A stretch of 32,000 nucleotides of DNA, from the NCBI GenBank assembly GCA_008932965.1, contig WBXG01000002.1:1-32000 (forward strand), in the 5' to 3' direction. Both the position numbers and the translations under genes were made by a program. The notes under the pieces were generated by a model. The model was not told the origin of the DNA. It was given only the letters and a program-made list of their open reading frames with translations, and ran no database searches. Of this stretch, positions 1 through 11,495 are shown piece by piece; position 1 is the stretch's first letter, and each line of letters starts with the position of its first letter. The stretch comes from Verrucomicrobiota bacterium (lineage in GTDB: Bacteria > Verrucomicrobiota > Verrucomicrobiia > Chthoniobacterales > UBA6821).

Positions 1-113
1 ACATTTTGATTTGGGCAGTATGTACACATACAGCCCTGCATCAAAATGCTCGCCTGCCTTACCCCATCAGCCTTCGCGGCCTCCTCGTCACGATCAGTAT
101 GAAACATCCGGGT
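1..113 (+). mobile_element. Family-A MITE-like repeat, 3' portion (cut by window edge)
   Basis: Bases 1-113 match 21623-21735 with 2 mismatches. They end in the terminal motif cgtcacgatcagtatgaaacatccgggt followed by TA (114-115). Confidence 0.85.
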
Positions 114-173
114 TAAGGGTAGTCTCATGATAAGTAAATGCTAAGTGATCAAGAGAATTCACCGAGGCCCTAA

Positions 174-1139
174 TTATAATATCTCATGGTATTGCAAAAG
201 AGCAGAGGTGATCCTCTCTTCAAAAGAAGGTTGATGAGTAGCATCGATCCATTCTTTGGGTGCTGCATGCCAAAAGGGATGATAGACAATGATTCCTTTC
301 TTATTGAGGGTCGCCGGTAAATAACTAAAGGAGGAACGACTCATCACAAGAAGATCTGCAGTAGACATCAACTCGAGTGTTTCAATAGGGTCGTGATCGA
401 TATATTTTTTTAGGTTAGGGATTACTTCAAAATCCTTAAGCTGATTCATTTCTTGGTTTCTGCTGACCTGTTTCTCAATTCGATGCTCGGGATCATGATC
501 TAAAGGAGAGGTAACAAAGGTCTGTTTTGGAAGCTCGGTATGAAGTTCACAAACAAAAGGAATACCAAGCTTATCGAGTATCGTAGTGATAGTAGTTACA
601 GTCTTGATGTAATAGGAATTTGGTAATAAGCGATAGGAATCCAAAGGCAAAAGGTCTCCACGTCTGACATGAATGGCTATTCTAAAAAGAAGTGATGGAG
701 GCTTTTTAAAAGGAGTTACTTTTTTAATGCATTCCAGCATTTCTGGATGCTGGTTGCAGATGGGATAAGGAAATCCTGCCTTAATCAAATGAAACTCGCA
801 TGTGTTTTTAGCCTCTTCTTGAATGAGGGCAATATTTTGAAAAGTACACTTGTCAACATGATGTACTGTTCTGTTTTGTGGCAATTCCATATCTGAAGGG
901 ATGGAAAAAACCTCGTTATAACGTGCTACTAACGCATGATCTGTTTGAGTGTTTTCATTGGAAGAAAATCCATGATAGGAGATCCTAAGCAAGGGCGAAT
1001 GAATATAAGCAATGTTAAGAAAGCGTGCCAAGGCATAGGTGCAGTAATTACGTTGAAGTTGCGATCCTGCACCATCTGTTAGAATTGTATTGTCTCGAGT
1101 AAGAGCAATATTGTGCAAAGAGTCAAAATAGGGGTGCAT
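174..1139 (-). CDS. Glycosyltransferase, GT11/fucosyltransferase-like
   Basis: 321-aa ORF with three motifs in the order seen in alpha-1,2-fucosyltransferase-type enzymes. These are GAGSQLQRNYCTYALARFL (cf. GGLGNQ.FQYA), IHVRRGD (cf. HVRRGDY) and MSRSSFSYL (cf. SNSTFSWW). Confidence 0.55.
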   Translation of the reverse strand: MHPYFDSLHNIALTRDNTILTDGAGSQLQRNYCTYALARFLNIAYIHSPLLRISYHGFSSNENTQTDHALVARYNEVFSIPSDMELPQNRTVHHVDKCTFQNIALIQEEAKNTCEFHLIKAGFPYPICNQHPEMLECIKKVTPFKKPPSLLFRIAIHVRRGDLLPLDSYRLLPNSYYIKTVTTITTILDKLGIPFVCELHTELPKQTFVTSPLDHDPEHRIEKQVSRNQEMNQLKDFEVIPNLKKYIDHDPIETLELMSTADLLVMSRSSFSYLPATLNKKGIIVYHPFWHAAPKEWIDATHQPSFEERITSALLQYHEIL

Positions 1140-1255
1140 AAAAAAGAAGAATAATCTTAAAAACGCAAATAGAACCAGAAAATCAGATTTGATTTGGTAA
1201 AGATAATTTCTTAGTAATTTATGAGCATTGATGGCATCATTATATTATTTTTTTC

Positions 1256-1888
1256 ATGTCATCACTCTTAAAGGCACGATTTTATGGTATTCTGGATACT
1301 CAATATGTGATGCCCTCAAAAATGGGAGTCATTGCTGAGCAACTTCTTCGAGGTGGAATCGATATTCTGCAACTCAGAGCAAAAGAATCCAGTGAAGAAG
1401 AAATCATCATGATGGCAAAACAGATTCTTCCCTTAACACAAGCTGCTAAAGTGCCTTTTATTATTAATGATTACCCTCACATTGTTCCCATAGTGGGAGC
1501 ACAAGGAGTACATCTGGGGCAAGAGGACCTCGATATTAGAGAAGCCCGTGCTATGTTGGGAAAAGAGGGACTCATTGGTCTTTCAACGCATTCACTGGAG
1601 CAGGTCGAAAAATCACTCGAGCTGCAACCCGACTATATCGGTTTTGGTCCTCTTTTTTCCACTCCAACGAAACCCCTGTATAGCCCCATAGGACTTCAGC
1701 TTATTACTCAAGTTCAAGAGAGGGTCTCTTTTCCTGTCTTTTGTATTGGAGGAATTACGCTCGTCACATTGCCTCAAGTCCTTCAAGCTGGTGCCAAGCG
1801 CATTGTGATGGTCTCTGCTCTTCTTAAGGATGAGGATCGAGTGGAGCTGATCTCACATATTAAACAAACTTTTTTAACTGATCTATGA
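1256..1888 (+). CDS. thiE: Thiamine-phosphate synthase
   Basis: 210 aa with TMP-synthase pattern: ILQLRAK, GVHLGQEDL, IGLSTHS, IGFGPLFSTPTK, CIGGI. Confidence 0.85.
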   Translation: MSSLLKARFYGILDTQYVMPSKMGVIAEQLLRGGIDILQLRAKESSEEEIIMMAKQILPLTQAAKVPFIINDYPHIVPIVGAQGVHLGQEDLDIREARAMLGKEGLIGLSTHSLEQVEKSLELQPDYIGFGPLFSTPTKPLYSPIGLQLITQVQERVSFPVFCIGGITLVTLPQVLQAGAKRIVMVSALLKDEDRVELISHIKQTFLTDL

Positions 1889-2196
1889 ATATCGCAAAAA
1901 TGATGCAAGCTGCTACCGCGGCACAAAAGAAAATGGCTAAGATCCAAGAGGAGCTCGCTGAGCGCAGAATAGAAGCAACATCGGGTGGAGGTCGTGTGAC
2001 AGTTGCTGCAAGTGGAACCGGAGAAATTCTCTCACTAAAAATTGCTCCGGAGGTGGTCACTCCCGATGATGTGGAGATGCTTGAAGACTTAATTTTAAGT
2101 GCCGTGCGTCAAGCTGTTGCCGATGCAAAAAAATTGAGTGAATCAGAAATGGGCAAGCTCACGGCAGGCCTTGGAATTCCAGGATTGCCTTTTTAG
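1885..2196 (+). CDS. ybaB: YbaB/EbfC family nucleoid-associated protein
   Basis: 103 aa with typical MMQAA..AQKKM..IQEEL N-terminus, GGGRVTV...GTGEI core and DVEMLEDLI. The start overlaps the thiE stop (ATGA). Confidence 0.8.
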   Translation: MNIAKMMQAATAAQKKMAKIQEELAERRIEATSGGGRVTVAASGTGEILSLKIAPEVVTPDDVEMLEDLILSAVRQAVADAKKLSESEMGKLTAGLGIPGLPF

Positions 2197-2229
2197 ATCC
2201 GGATAAATTTAGATTTTCAAGTTAGTACG

Positions 2230-2385
2230 TTACTTGTGACGCAGGGCTTTCTTTTTTGTTCCTGCACAACCACAACCACCTCCGCAGCCAGGTTTATGGC
2301 GCTTCTGCCACCAGCTCCAGGCAAAGGCAACGGCTACAAAAAAAACAATGGCTAATGCTATGGTAGTTTGAAGTGAAGGGCTCAT
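2230..2385 (-). CDS. Small Cys-rich membrane protein (FeoB-associated Cys-rich / p12-like)
   Basis: 51-aa ORF not in the supplied track: MSPSLQTTIALAIVFFVAVAFAWSWWQKRHKPGCGGGCGCAGTKKKALRHK. It has one N-terminal TM helix, then a basic stretch and a GCGGGCGC cluster, the architecture of that small-protein family. Confidence 0.45.
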   Translation of the reverse strand: MSPSLQTTIALAIVFFVAVAFAWSWWQKRHKPGCGGGCGCAGTKKKALRHK

Positions 2386-2451
2386 TTTCAATAATGGTGA
2401 CGCGCTTGTGCAAAAAATTTTGTTTTCTGTAACATGATAAACAATTGAAAT

Positions 2452-3054
2452 CTAATTAAAATAAGTCGGCAATTGCGGATTTAAAAAATGTTCGTAAGCC
2501 TGCAAAATGCCTTCTTTGCTAGCACGAAAGGGATCGAGTTCAGGAAGTTGATCGATAGGATAAAAAGTGATGTCGCTGATTTCGATGTTGGTGGCAGGTG
2601 TTCCTCTAACGAGTTGACAGAGCAGGAGAATTTTATAAATCGAGTGAGGACTTTTTGGATAGTTAGCCCGCTCCATATCGATAATGGAAACAATCGATGT
2701 TGCTTTCACTTCATAGCCCGTCTCCTCGAGGCATTCGCGCTCCACATTTTCACGAAGTGTTTTATTCACGTCAGCCCATCCCCCTGGCAAAGTCCATCGC
2801 TGTGATGATCTTTCTTTTACTAAAAGTATTTGGTCATTGTTAAAAACAACCCCTCTCACATCGACTTTAGGCGTGGGATAACCAATTTCTTGAGGCCATT
2901 GAAAATCAGAGCAATGATCGTTGGTTTGCAGGAGCTCGCCTGCTATTGTATGGATGCGGTGGAAACGCTCTTGATCAAAAGGATCCCTTGAGTAGGTCAA
3001 TCCGGTTTGAGCAAGTGCAGCAAGCTCCCTAGAAAGTTCAAGTAACGTGGACAT
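2452..3054 (-). CDS. Nudix hydrolase with N-terminal helical Nudix-associated domain
   Basis: Nudix box core PGGWADVNKTLRENVERECLEETGYEV. The track start at 3072 is TTG and lies inside repeat B. The first ATG (MSTLLEL...) is at 3054. Confidence 0.8.
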   Translation of the reverse strand: MSTLLELSRELAALAQTGLTYSRDPFDQERFHRIHTIAGELLQTNDHCSDFQWPQEIGYPTPKVDVRGVVFNNDQILLVKERSSQRWTLPGGWADVNKTLRENVERECLEETGYEVKATSIVSIIDMERANYPKSPHSIYKILLLCQLVRGTPATNIEISDITFYPIDQLPELDPFRASKEGILQAYEHFLNPQLPTYFN

Positions 3055-3070
3055 AGTTTTTTTGTGTGGC

Positions 3071-3167
3071 AAATGGGGTCAGGCTAAGACTATTGACAAA
3101 ATTACATCGATAGAAAAAAACACTCAACATAAAGTATTTTGCCAATATTCTTAGTCTGGCCCCATTT
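3071..3167 (-). repeat. Family-B 97-bp palindromic repeat, copy 1
   Basis: aaatggggtcaggctaagactattgacaaaat ... attttgccaatattcttagtctggccccattt, with arms of about 32 bp. The central loop is the reverse complement of the loops of the copies at 16540 and 17605. Confidence 0.85.
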
Positions 3168-3188
3168 ATTCGCCTACAGCCTTCTCCT

Positions 3189-4478
3189 ATGCACTCCTTC
3201 TATTATCATGCTAGCTCTCTTCATTGTGAAGGAGTCGACTTAGAAACCTTATCAAAAGAAGTTGGCACGCCTGCCTATATTTATTCTGCAACAACAATCC
3301 GCGATAACTTTCGTCGGCTTCACAAGGCTCTTGCTCCACTGAAGCACCGTATCTGTTATGCCACTAAGGCCAATAGCAACCTGGCGATTTTACGGTTGCT
3401 CGTCGAGGAAGGAGCAGGATTTGATATTGTTTCAGGTGGGGAGCTTTTTAAAGTGCTCCAAGCCGGTGGGAGAGCAGATCAGTGCACCTTTGCAGGGGTT
3501 GGAAAGATGGCTCATGAAATCGAGTATGCACTCTCTCAAGGAGTCTACTGTTTTAATGTGGAATCGGAGGGGGAGCTCGATCTCATTAATTTCATTGCTG
3601 GAAAGCTTGGTTGCAAGGCTCCCATTGCACTTCGTGTCAATCCTGATGTCGATACTCCAACACACCACTACATTTCAACTGGCAGAAATAAAAATAAATT
3701 TGGAATAGGCCTCGATCGTGCTGAGGAGGTCTATACACACGCGGTATCGCTACCGCATCTTAGAATCCGTGGTATTCAGACTCACATCGGTTCTCAGATT
3801 TTAACAGCAGCTCCCTTTATCGAAGCGATTAAAAAATTAACGCCACTCATTCAAAGTATTAGGAAGCGCCATACTCTAGAATTTTTTAGTATTGGTGGAG
3901 GTATTGGGATCGTTTATGAAGAGGCCTTAGCCAGTGGTGATCCTGCTTGGTGGGATGAGAAAAAAAAGGGAGAACGACTCTCGCCCGAAGAATATGCCTC
4001 AAAAATTTTAGAGCCACTCCAGCAATTGAACATTCCTATTTTCTTTGAACCGGGACGTTTTCTTGTTGGCAATGCAGGTGTGTTGCTTACGGCCGCGCTC
4101 TATCGGAAAGAGACACCAGAAAAAAACTTTCTCATTGTCGATGCTGGGATGAACGACCTTATCCGCCCTGCACTCTATCAGGGGTATCACGAAATTGTGC
4201 CGCTACAACGCCACCCTAATCGAGCTCTAGAGAAGATCGATGTGGTGGGTCCAGTTTGTGAAAGTGGTGATTTTTTTGCACAAGAGCGGATGCTTCCTCG
4301 TATGGAAGTTGGGGAGAGCCTTGCCATCATGAGTACTGGAGCTTATGGCTTTGTGATGGGATCCAACTACAATGCACGTCCGTTACCCCCCGAAATCCTT
4401 ATTGAAGAAAAAAAAATAACTGTCGTGCGCCGTCGTCAGAGCTGGGAAGACTTGGTACGAGAGGAAATAATTACTTGA
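3189..4478 (+). CDS. lysA: Diaminopimelate decarboxylase
   Basis: 429 aa with PLP-lysine motif CYATKAN, plus SIGGGIG and GPVCESGDFF motifs. Confidence 0.9.
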   Translation: MHSFYYHASSLHCEGVDLETLSKEVGTPAYIYSATTIRDNFRRLHKALAPLKHRICYATKANSNLAILRLLVEEGAGFDIVSGGELFKVLQAGGRADQCTFAGVGKMAHEIEYALSQGVYCFNVESEGELDLINFIAGKLGCKAPIALRVNPDVDTPTHHYISTGRNKNKFGIGLDRAEEVYTHAVSLPHLRIRGIQTHIGSQILTAAPFIEAIKKLTPLIQSIRKRHTLEFFSIGGGIGIVYEEALASGDPAWWDEKKKGERLSPEEYASKILEPLQQLNIPIFFEPGRFLVGNAGVLLTAALYRKETPEKNFLIVDAGMNDLIRPALYQGYHEIVPLQRHPNRALEKIDVVGPVCESGDFFAQERMLPRMEVGESLAIMSTGAYGFVMGSNYNARPLPPEILIEEKKITVVRRRQSWEDLVREEIIT

Positions 4479-4908
4479 GTGGATTAATCACCTTAAGAAA
4501 GTCAAATTTTCGAAAGTCACTGTCGGTGGAATAAATAGTCTTCACTCCATGTTGGCGCAGAATAGCTACTAGATGTGCGTCGGGAACAAGATTGCCACGA
4601 ACATGAAGTCCCGAAGTTATTTGTAAATAGTGATCAGAAAAACCTTCTTCTTCTCCAATCATTCTGACCTGAGGCAAAGTAAGCAAATCTTCAATATTTT
4701 TCCACGCTTCTTGAGGAGTAAGAGGAATAGGAAAAACGCTCGGGTGTGTTGTAATTCTTTGATAGCTCATTAACGTCATCCATGGCAGGAAGAGAAGTTC
4801 AGACTCATTGAGTTTCTCATCAAGAAAAGAAATTGCTTGTTGTTGGTAATCTTTGTCGCCTTGATTAGAAGCATAGACAAAAATATTAACATCAATAGAG
4901 TAACTCAT
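4471..4908 (-). CDS. vapC: PIN-domain toxin (VapC-like)
   Basis: 145 aa with N-terminal acidic IDVNIFVYA and C-terminal IYSTDSDF typical of PIN RNases. It has an ATGA overlap with the upstream small gene. Confidence 0.7.
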   Translation of the reverse strand: MSYSIDVNIFVYASNQGDKDYQQQAISFLDEKLNESELLFLPWMTLMSYQRITTHPSVFPIPLTPQEAWKNIEDLLTLPQVRMIGEEEGFSDHYLQITSGLHVRGNLVPDAHLVAILRQHGVKTIYSTDSDFRKFDFLKVINPLK

Positions 4909-5156
4909 TTTTTTTGGTAGAATTCTTGATCAAGAATTTTGTAAAGAGCTTCTTTATCAGAGATATCAATTTTTGCTGGCCCCATATTTTTTGAGTGCCA
5001 TTTAAACTTTGGAGGCGCTTTCCTTTTTGCTTTATGAGCGGATAATGCCTCTGCAAGCAGTGCCGTCGCTGCTTTTCCAAGTGAAAAAGAGTTACTTTTG
5101 CTGAAGGCTTTGAGTTCCTTTAAAATAGGAAGATCAAGATCGAGGGTTGTTCTCAT
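4905..5156 (-). CDS. vapB: Type II antitoxin (VapB-like)
   Basis: MRTTLDLDLPILKELK N-terminus typical of small VapB-type antitoxins. 83 aa from the internal ATG at 5156 (the track ORF extends to 5183). Translationally coupled to the PIN gene. Confidence 0.6.
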   Translation of the reverse strand: MRTTLDLDLPILKELKAFSKSNSFSLGKAATALLAEALSAHKAKRKAPPKFKWHSKNMGPAKIDISDKEALYKILDQEFYQKK

Positions 5157-5285
5157 GATGTTTGATGCTAATAAAAAAAGCATCAGATGTCAAAATACTT
5201 TTTACGAAGAGGGCGCCTGCTCAGCAACGATCTTTATCTCTATGCCATTGTGTTGTAGGATGAGGAGTTCCTATTATCAATTCCC

Positions 5286-7682
<2,397 letters not shown>

Positions 7683-8090
7683 ATAAAAAAGTATTGACTA
7701 TTTCGAAAAAAAGAATGAAGTTTCGGCCTATGAAAACAGATATTTCAACAATGTCATTCGCATTCTTTAATGCAGCATCCGCTGTCGTTATTGCTTTGCT
7801 TGCATGTTGGATAGCGACGGCCTGTTTTTTTAATCTTCTTCGACTTAGTTGGTGAATCCAACTTCAAAGGCCTTTTTTAGAGGCTGTGTGTGAGCCTAGT
7901 TTGCTGCCACCACAACGTATCATCCTTTTTTTAGGTTTTCACGTAGTCCTCTTTTGAACTGAGCCCTGTCACACCTTGTGCTTTTTACTTGGTGTTTCTT
8001 AAGCCTCTTCTTGTCCATGCACGAGAGAATTCCTCCCCCTAGGAAACAGCGCTCCTCCCAGAACACAACTTTACTTTAGTTATTTAATTT

Positions 8091-9137
8091 ATGCTTATCC
8101 AATGTGAATCCTCAACTCCTTTAAAAGAGAGTGAAAAAATCATCAATATACTTGAACAATATCGTCTCGAGTACCTGGTCTCTCGTACTGAATCAAAAAT
8201 GTTGATTGGAATTTCTTCCCCTTGCTCTGAAGTAGTACTTCAGTCATTAAAAAAAGTGACGTGTCCTCAACAACTCATTCCTATTGCTGGTCCTTACAAA
8301 ATGGTGAGTCGCCTTTGCTCTCCCAATGGAACGATTATTAAAATCCTCCGCCCAAAAAAAACACTGAAATCTCAAAATAGGTTTGTAGAAATTGGAGGAA
8401 AAAAAATTGTCCTTATGGCCGGCCCCTGTGCTATTGAAAGCCAAGAACAGCTTGAGACTATTTCACAAGAACTGGAGGGAGCTTCAGTTTCTGTATTACG
8501 AGCCTCTGCATACAAGCCTCGAACATCTCCTTATAGTTTTCAGGGCATGGGAGAGGAGGGCTTAATCCTCCATCGTGATGCTCAAAAAAAACATCAGCTT
8601 CTTATTGAAACAGAGATCATGGATGTACGGACTCTTTCCTTAGTAGCTGACTATGTCGATATCATTCGTATTGGGGCTCGCAATATGCAGAATTATGATC
8701 TCTTAAAGGCAGTAGGAGCCTCGGGTAAACCTGTGATCTTAAAACGGGGAATTGCTGCAACGGTAGAAGAATTTTTAATGAGTGCAGAATATCTGATGGC
8801 TCATGGAAATCATCAAGTGATTCTCTGCGAACGCGGAATTCGTACTTTCGAAACATCAAGTCGCTACACGCTTGATTTAAGTAGTGTCGCTGTATTGAAA
8901 AGGCTTACTCATCTTCCTGTTATTGTTGATCCAAGTCATGCCGCTGGTCGCAAAGATATCATTCCTGCTCTTTGTAAAGCTGCTATTGCCGTAGGTGCTG
9001 ATGGGCTTTTAGTCGAGGTTCATCATCATCCCAAGGTTGCGAAGTGCGATGGAAACCAAGCATTACTTCCTCATGAGTTTGTGGAATTAAGCAAGGAGCT
9101 AAAAAAAATTGCTAATGCGATTGGAAGGTCACTATGA
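8091..9137 (+). CDS. aroF: DAHP synthase, type I-beta with N-terminal ferredoxin-like/ACT-like regulatory domain
   Basis: 348 aa. The first ~90 aa resemble the Thermotoga-type regulatory domain (...GPYKMVSR). The KDO8PS-like catalytic core follows: LMAGPCAIES, RIGARNMQN, DPSHA. Confidence 0.85.
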   Translation: MLIQCESSTPLKESEKIINILEQYRLEYLVSRTESKMLIGISSPCSEVVLQSLKKVTCPQQLIPIAGPYKMVSRLCSPNGTIIKILRPKKTLKSQNRFVEIGGKKIVLMAGPCAIESQEQLETISQELEGASVSVLRASAYKPRTSPYSFQGMGEEGLILHRDAQKKHQLLIETEIMDVRTLSLVADYVDIIRIGARNMQNYDLLKAVGASGKPVILKRGIAATVEEFLMSAEYLMAHGNHQVILCERGIRTFETSSRYTLDLSSVAVLKRLTHLPVIVDPSHAAGRKDIIPALCKAAIAVGADGLLVEVHHHPKVAKCDGNQALLPHEFVELSKELKKIANAIGRSL

Positions 9138-9973
9138 AAAACTCAAATTCTATTGTCTATCAAGGTGCCCCTGGATCATTTAGCCATTTAACAGCACTAC
9201 ATCATTGCCGCAGCAATCCCGTTCTAGACGGTAAGAAAACTTTTCCAGAAGTTTTTGAGGCACTCAAAAAAAGAGAGGCTCAGTACGGTATCATTCCTAT
9301 TGAAAATAGTCTGATTGGATCCATTTATGAGAACTATGATCTTTTAGGGAAATCATCATTATCAATTATTAGGGAAATAAAAACACGTATTGAACTCTCC
9401 CTCATCGCCCTTCCCGGAGCCTCCATAGATCAAATTAAAACAGTCTTCTCGCATCCTAAGGCCTTGGAGCAATGTCATATTTTCTTCCAAAAATATCCTC
9501 ATATTCAGGCGGTGATTCATTATGACACTGGAGGCGCTGTGGAGAAAATCAAACGGGGAGAAGATCCTTCATGTGCAGCTATTGCTAGTTCACATGCAGT
9601 AAAATATTATGGATTGAACGTTCTGAAATTTCAATTGGAGGATGATTTAGAAAATTACACCCGATTTGTTCTCCTCTCTGTGGAAAAGAGCTCTCCCGGG
9701 TTCATGGATAATCATCACAAATGTTCGATCTCTTTTAATTTGGAGCATCGAAAAGGAGCTCTCGTTTCTGTATTAGAAGCTCTTTCAAATCAAGGAGTGA
9801 ACTTAACTAAAATTGAATCACGGCCCATCTTTGGTAAAGCCTTCGAATATCTTTTTTATCTCGATTTTCAAATCCCTTTGGAAACAACCACCTGGAATGC
9901 CCATCCTCTCTTGGAGGATCTGCAACAAAGAGTAAAAAATCTTCACCTGCTTGGTATCTATGAATGCTGTTAA
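9134..9973 (+). CDS. pheA: Prephenate dehydratase (PDT + ACT domains, no chorismate mutase domain)
   Basis: 279 aa with YQGAPGSFSH, IPIENSLIGSI, NYTRFV and the ACT region GALVSVLEALSNQGVNLTKIESRP. ATGA overlap with the upstream gene. Confidence 0.85.
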   Translation: MKNSNSIVYQGAPGSFSHLTALHHCRSNPVLDGKKTFPEVFEALKKREAQYGIIPIENSLIGSIYENYDLLGKSSLSIIREIKTRIELSLIALPGASIDQIKTVFSHPKALEQCHIFFQKYPHIQAVIHYDTGGAVEKIKRGEDPSCAAIASSHAVKYYGLNVLKFQLEDDLENYTRFVLLSVEKSSPGFMDNHHKCSISFNLEHRKGALVSVLEALSNQGVNLTKIESRPIFGKAFEYLFYLDFQIPLETTTWNAHPLLEDLQQRVKNLHLLGIYECC

Positions 9974-11495
9974 AAAAATATCGGAGCTCTCATTGACAGC
10001 ATTTTTAGAATATGCCCATCGATCCTATCCTGAAGGGCCCACAAAGTATGTTGTTGTATTTCAAAAGATCAAATTAGACGACGATTCTATAGCGTTTTCT
10101 CCGATGGATCTTTTTAAAAAATGTGATTCTATTTTAGAGGGAGGCTGTATTTTGGAATCACTAATCCAAGAAAAGCAGACAGGGCGATATTCTTTTTTAG
10201 CTTTTGAGCCGATCGGTATTTACGAGCTTATTGCTGATAAAATTAAGGAGGATGTTGAGGGTCATACGGACATTTATCAGGGAGATCTATTTCATCATGT
10301 GCGTCTTTTTCTCAAAAGGTTTCGTGCAAGCTGCCCTCCAGAAATTGAACATAGTGCTACCCAGGCCATTGGATTTATCACCTATGATGCAATGCGCCTC
10401 ATGGAGAAGATTCCCGATCGGCATAAGAAAGATAGAGCACTTCCCGAATTTCAATTGAAGGTCTATCGCACAACGCTCTGCTTTGATCATCAAGATCAGA
10501 GCTTGGTAATCAGTATTCTTGTTAAGTTAGGAGAAAATCACCAACACGATTATTTAAATGCCCAGGATAAAATCGAAAGTCTGATTCGAGTGTTACTCAT
10601 GCCAATGACCGATAGTGGGAACAACACATTATTTTCAGAAGAGAAATTCACCACCGAAAAAGAATCATCAGAAATGAGTGATGAGGCTTTTATGGACCTA
10701 GTAAAAAAGGCTCAAGAAGAGATTAAAAAGGGGGAGGTTTTTCAAATTGTTTTATCACGTTGTGTGAGTCGACCTACACGACTCTCCCCACTAGACCTCT
10801 ATTTAGCATTACGAAAGGTAAGCCCTGTTCCCTATCTTTATTATTTACCACTTGCTGATCGTATCATTATGGGAGCCTCACCTGAGTGCATGCTACGTCT
10901 CTGCAAAAAAAAAGTAACACTCAATCCCATTGCTGGAACATGCCAGAGAACAGGAGAAAAGAATAATGATACCATCGAGAAAGAGCTCCTATGTGATCAC
11001 AAAGAACTTGCTGAACATCGTATGCTAGTCGACTTAGGTCGTAATGATTTAGGCCGTGTCTGTGAGGTGGGAAGTGTGCACGTGGAAGAACTTTTAAAAG
11101 TGAAGCACTATGCTCATCTCAGTCATCTCACCTCATCAATAAGTGGATTTTTAAGAAAGCACTATGATATGTGGGATGCATTAAAAGCTTGCTTCCCAGC
11201 TGGCACCCTAAGCGGAGCTCCTAAATGCCGAGCTATGGAACTCATTGATCAATTTGAACAATCACGTCGTGGGCTTTATGGAGGAGCTATCATGCGCCTT
11301 GATCATGCAGGTAATTTTGATAGTTGCATTGCCATTCGAATGCTTACCTTGAAGCAAGGGGTGGTTACCATACGTACAGGAGCAGGTATTGTTCATGATT
11401 CTATTCCAAGTAAGGAGGCTGCTGAAACACATCATAAAGCCTGCTCTATTTTAACAGCAATGGCCACGGCAGAAAAGAGAGGAGAGATACCATGA
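9960..11495 (+). CDS. trpE: Anthranilate synthase component I
   Basis: Chorismate-binding core: FQIVLSR, LVDLGRNDLGRV, GAGIVHDSIPSKE. The first ATG is at 9960; the track start at 9951 is TTG. Confidence 0.9.
   Translation: MNAVKKISELSLTAFLEYAHRSYPEGPTKYVVVFQKIKLDDDSIAFSPMDLFKKCDSILEGGCILESLIQEKQTGRYSFLAFEPIGIYELIADKIKEDVEGHTDIYQGDLFHHVRLFLKRFRASCPPEIEHSATQAIGFITYDAMRLMEKIPDRHKKDRALPEFQLKVYRTTLCFDHQDQSLVISILVKLGENHQHDYLNAQDKIESLIRVLLMPMTDSGNNTLFSEEKFTTEKESSEMSDEAFMDLVKKAQEEIKKGEVFQIVLSRCVSRPTRLSPLDLYLALRKVSPVPYLYYLPLADRIIMGASPECMLRLCKKKVTLNPIAGTCQRTGEKNNDTIEKELLCDHKELAEHRMLVDLGRNDLGRVCEVGSVHVEELLKVKHYAHLSHLTSSISGFLRKHYDMWDALKACFPAGTLSGAPKCRAMELIDQFEQSRRGLYGGAIMRLDHAGNFDSCIAIRMLTLKQGVVTIRTGAGIVHDSIPSKEAAETHHKACSILTAMATAEKRGEIP

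Noticed and set aside
1140-1255. TPP riboswitch upstream of thiE
   Set aside because: The 116-nt AT-rich spacer lacks the conserved ctgaga / acctga-type TPP aptamer elements and any obvious multi-stem structure.
3094-3146. TTGACA/TTGGCA boxes in family-B arms acting as promoters for lysA and the Nudix gene
   Set aside because: I found no acceptable -10 hexamer at 16-18 bp spacing in any of the three copies. The boxes point into the hairpin, so the match may be coincidental to the palindrome.
7694-7722. Sigma-70-like promoter (TTGACT at 7694) for the aro-trp operon
   Set aside because: No TATAAT-like hexamer lies at a workable distance: AAGAAT has an 11-bp spacer, and nothing fits at 16-18 bp.
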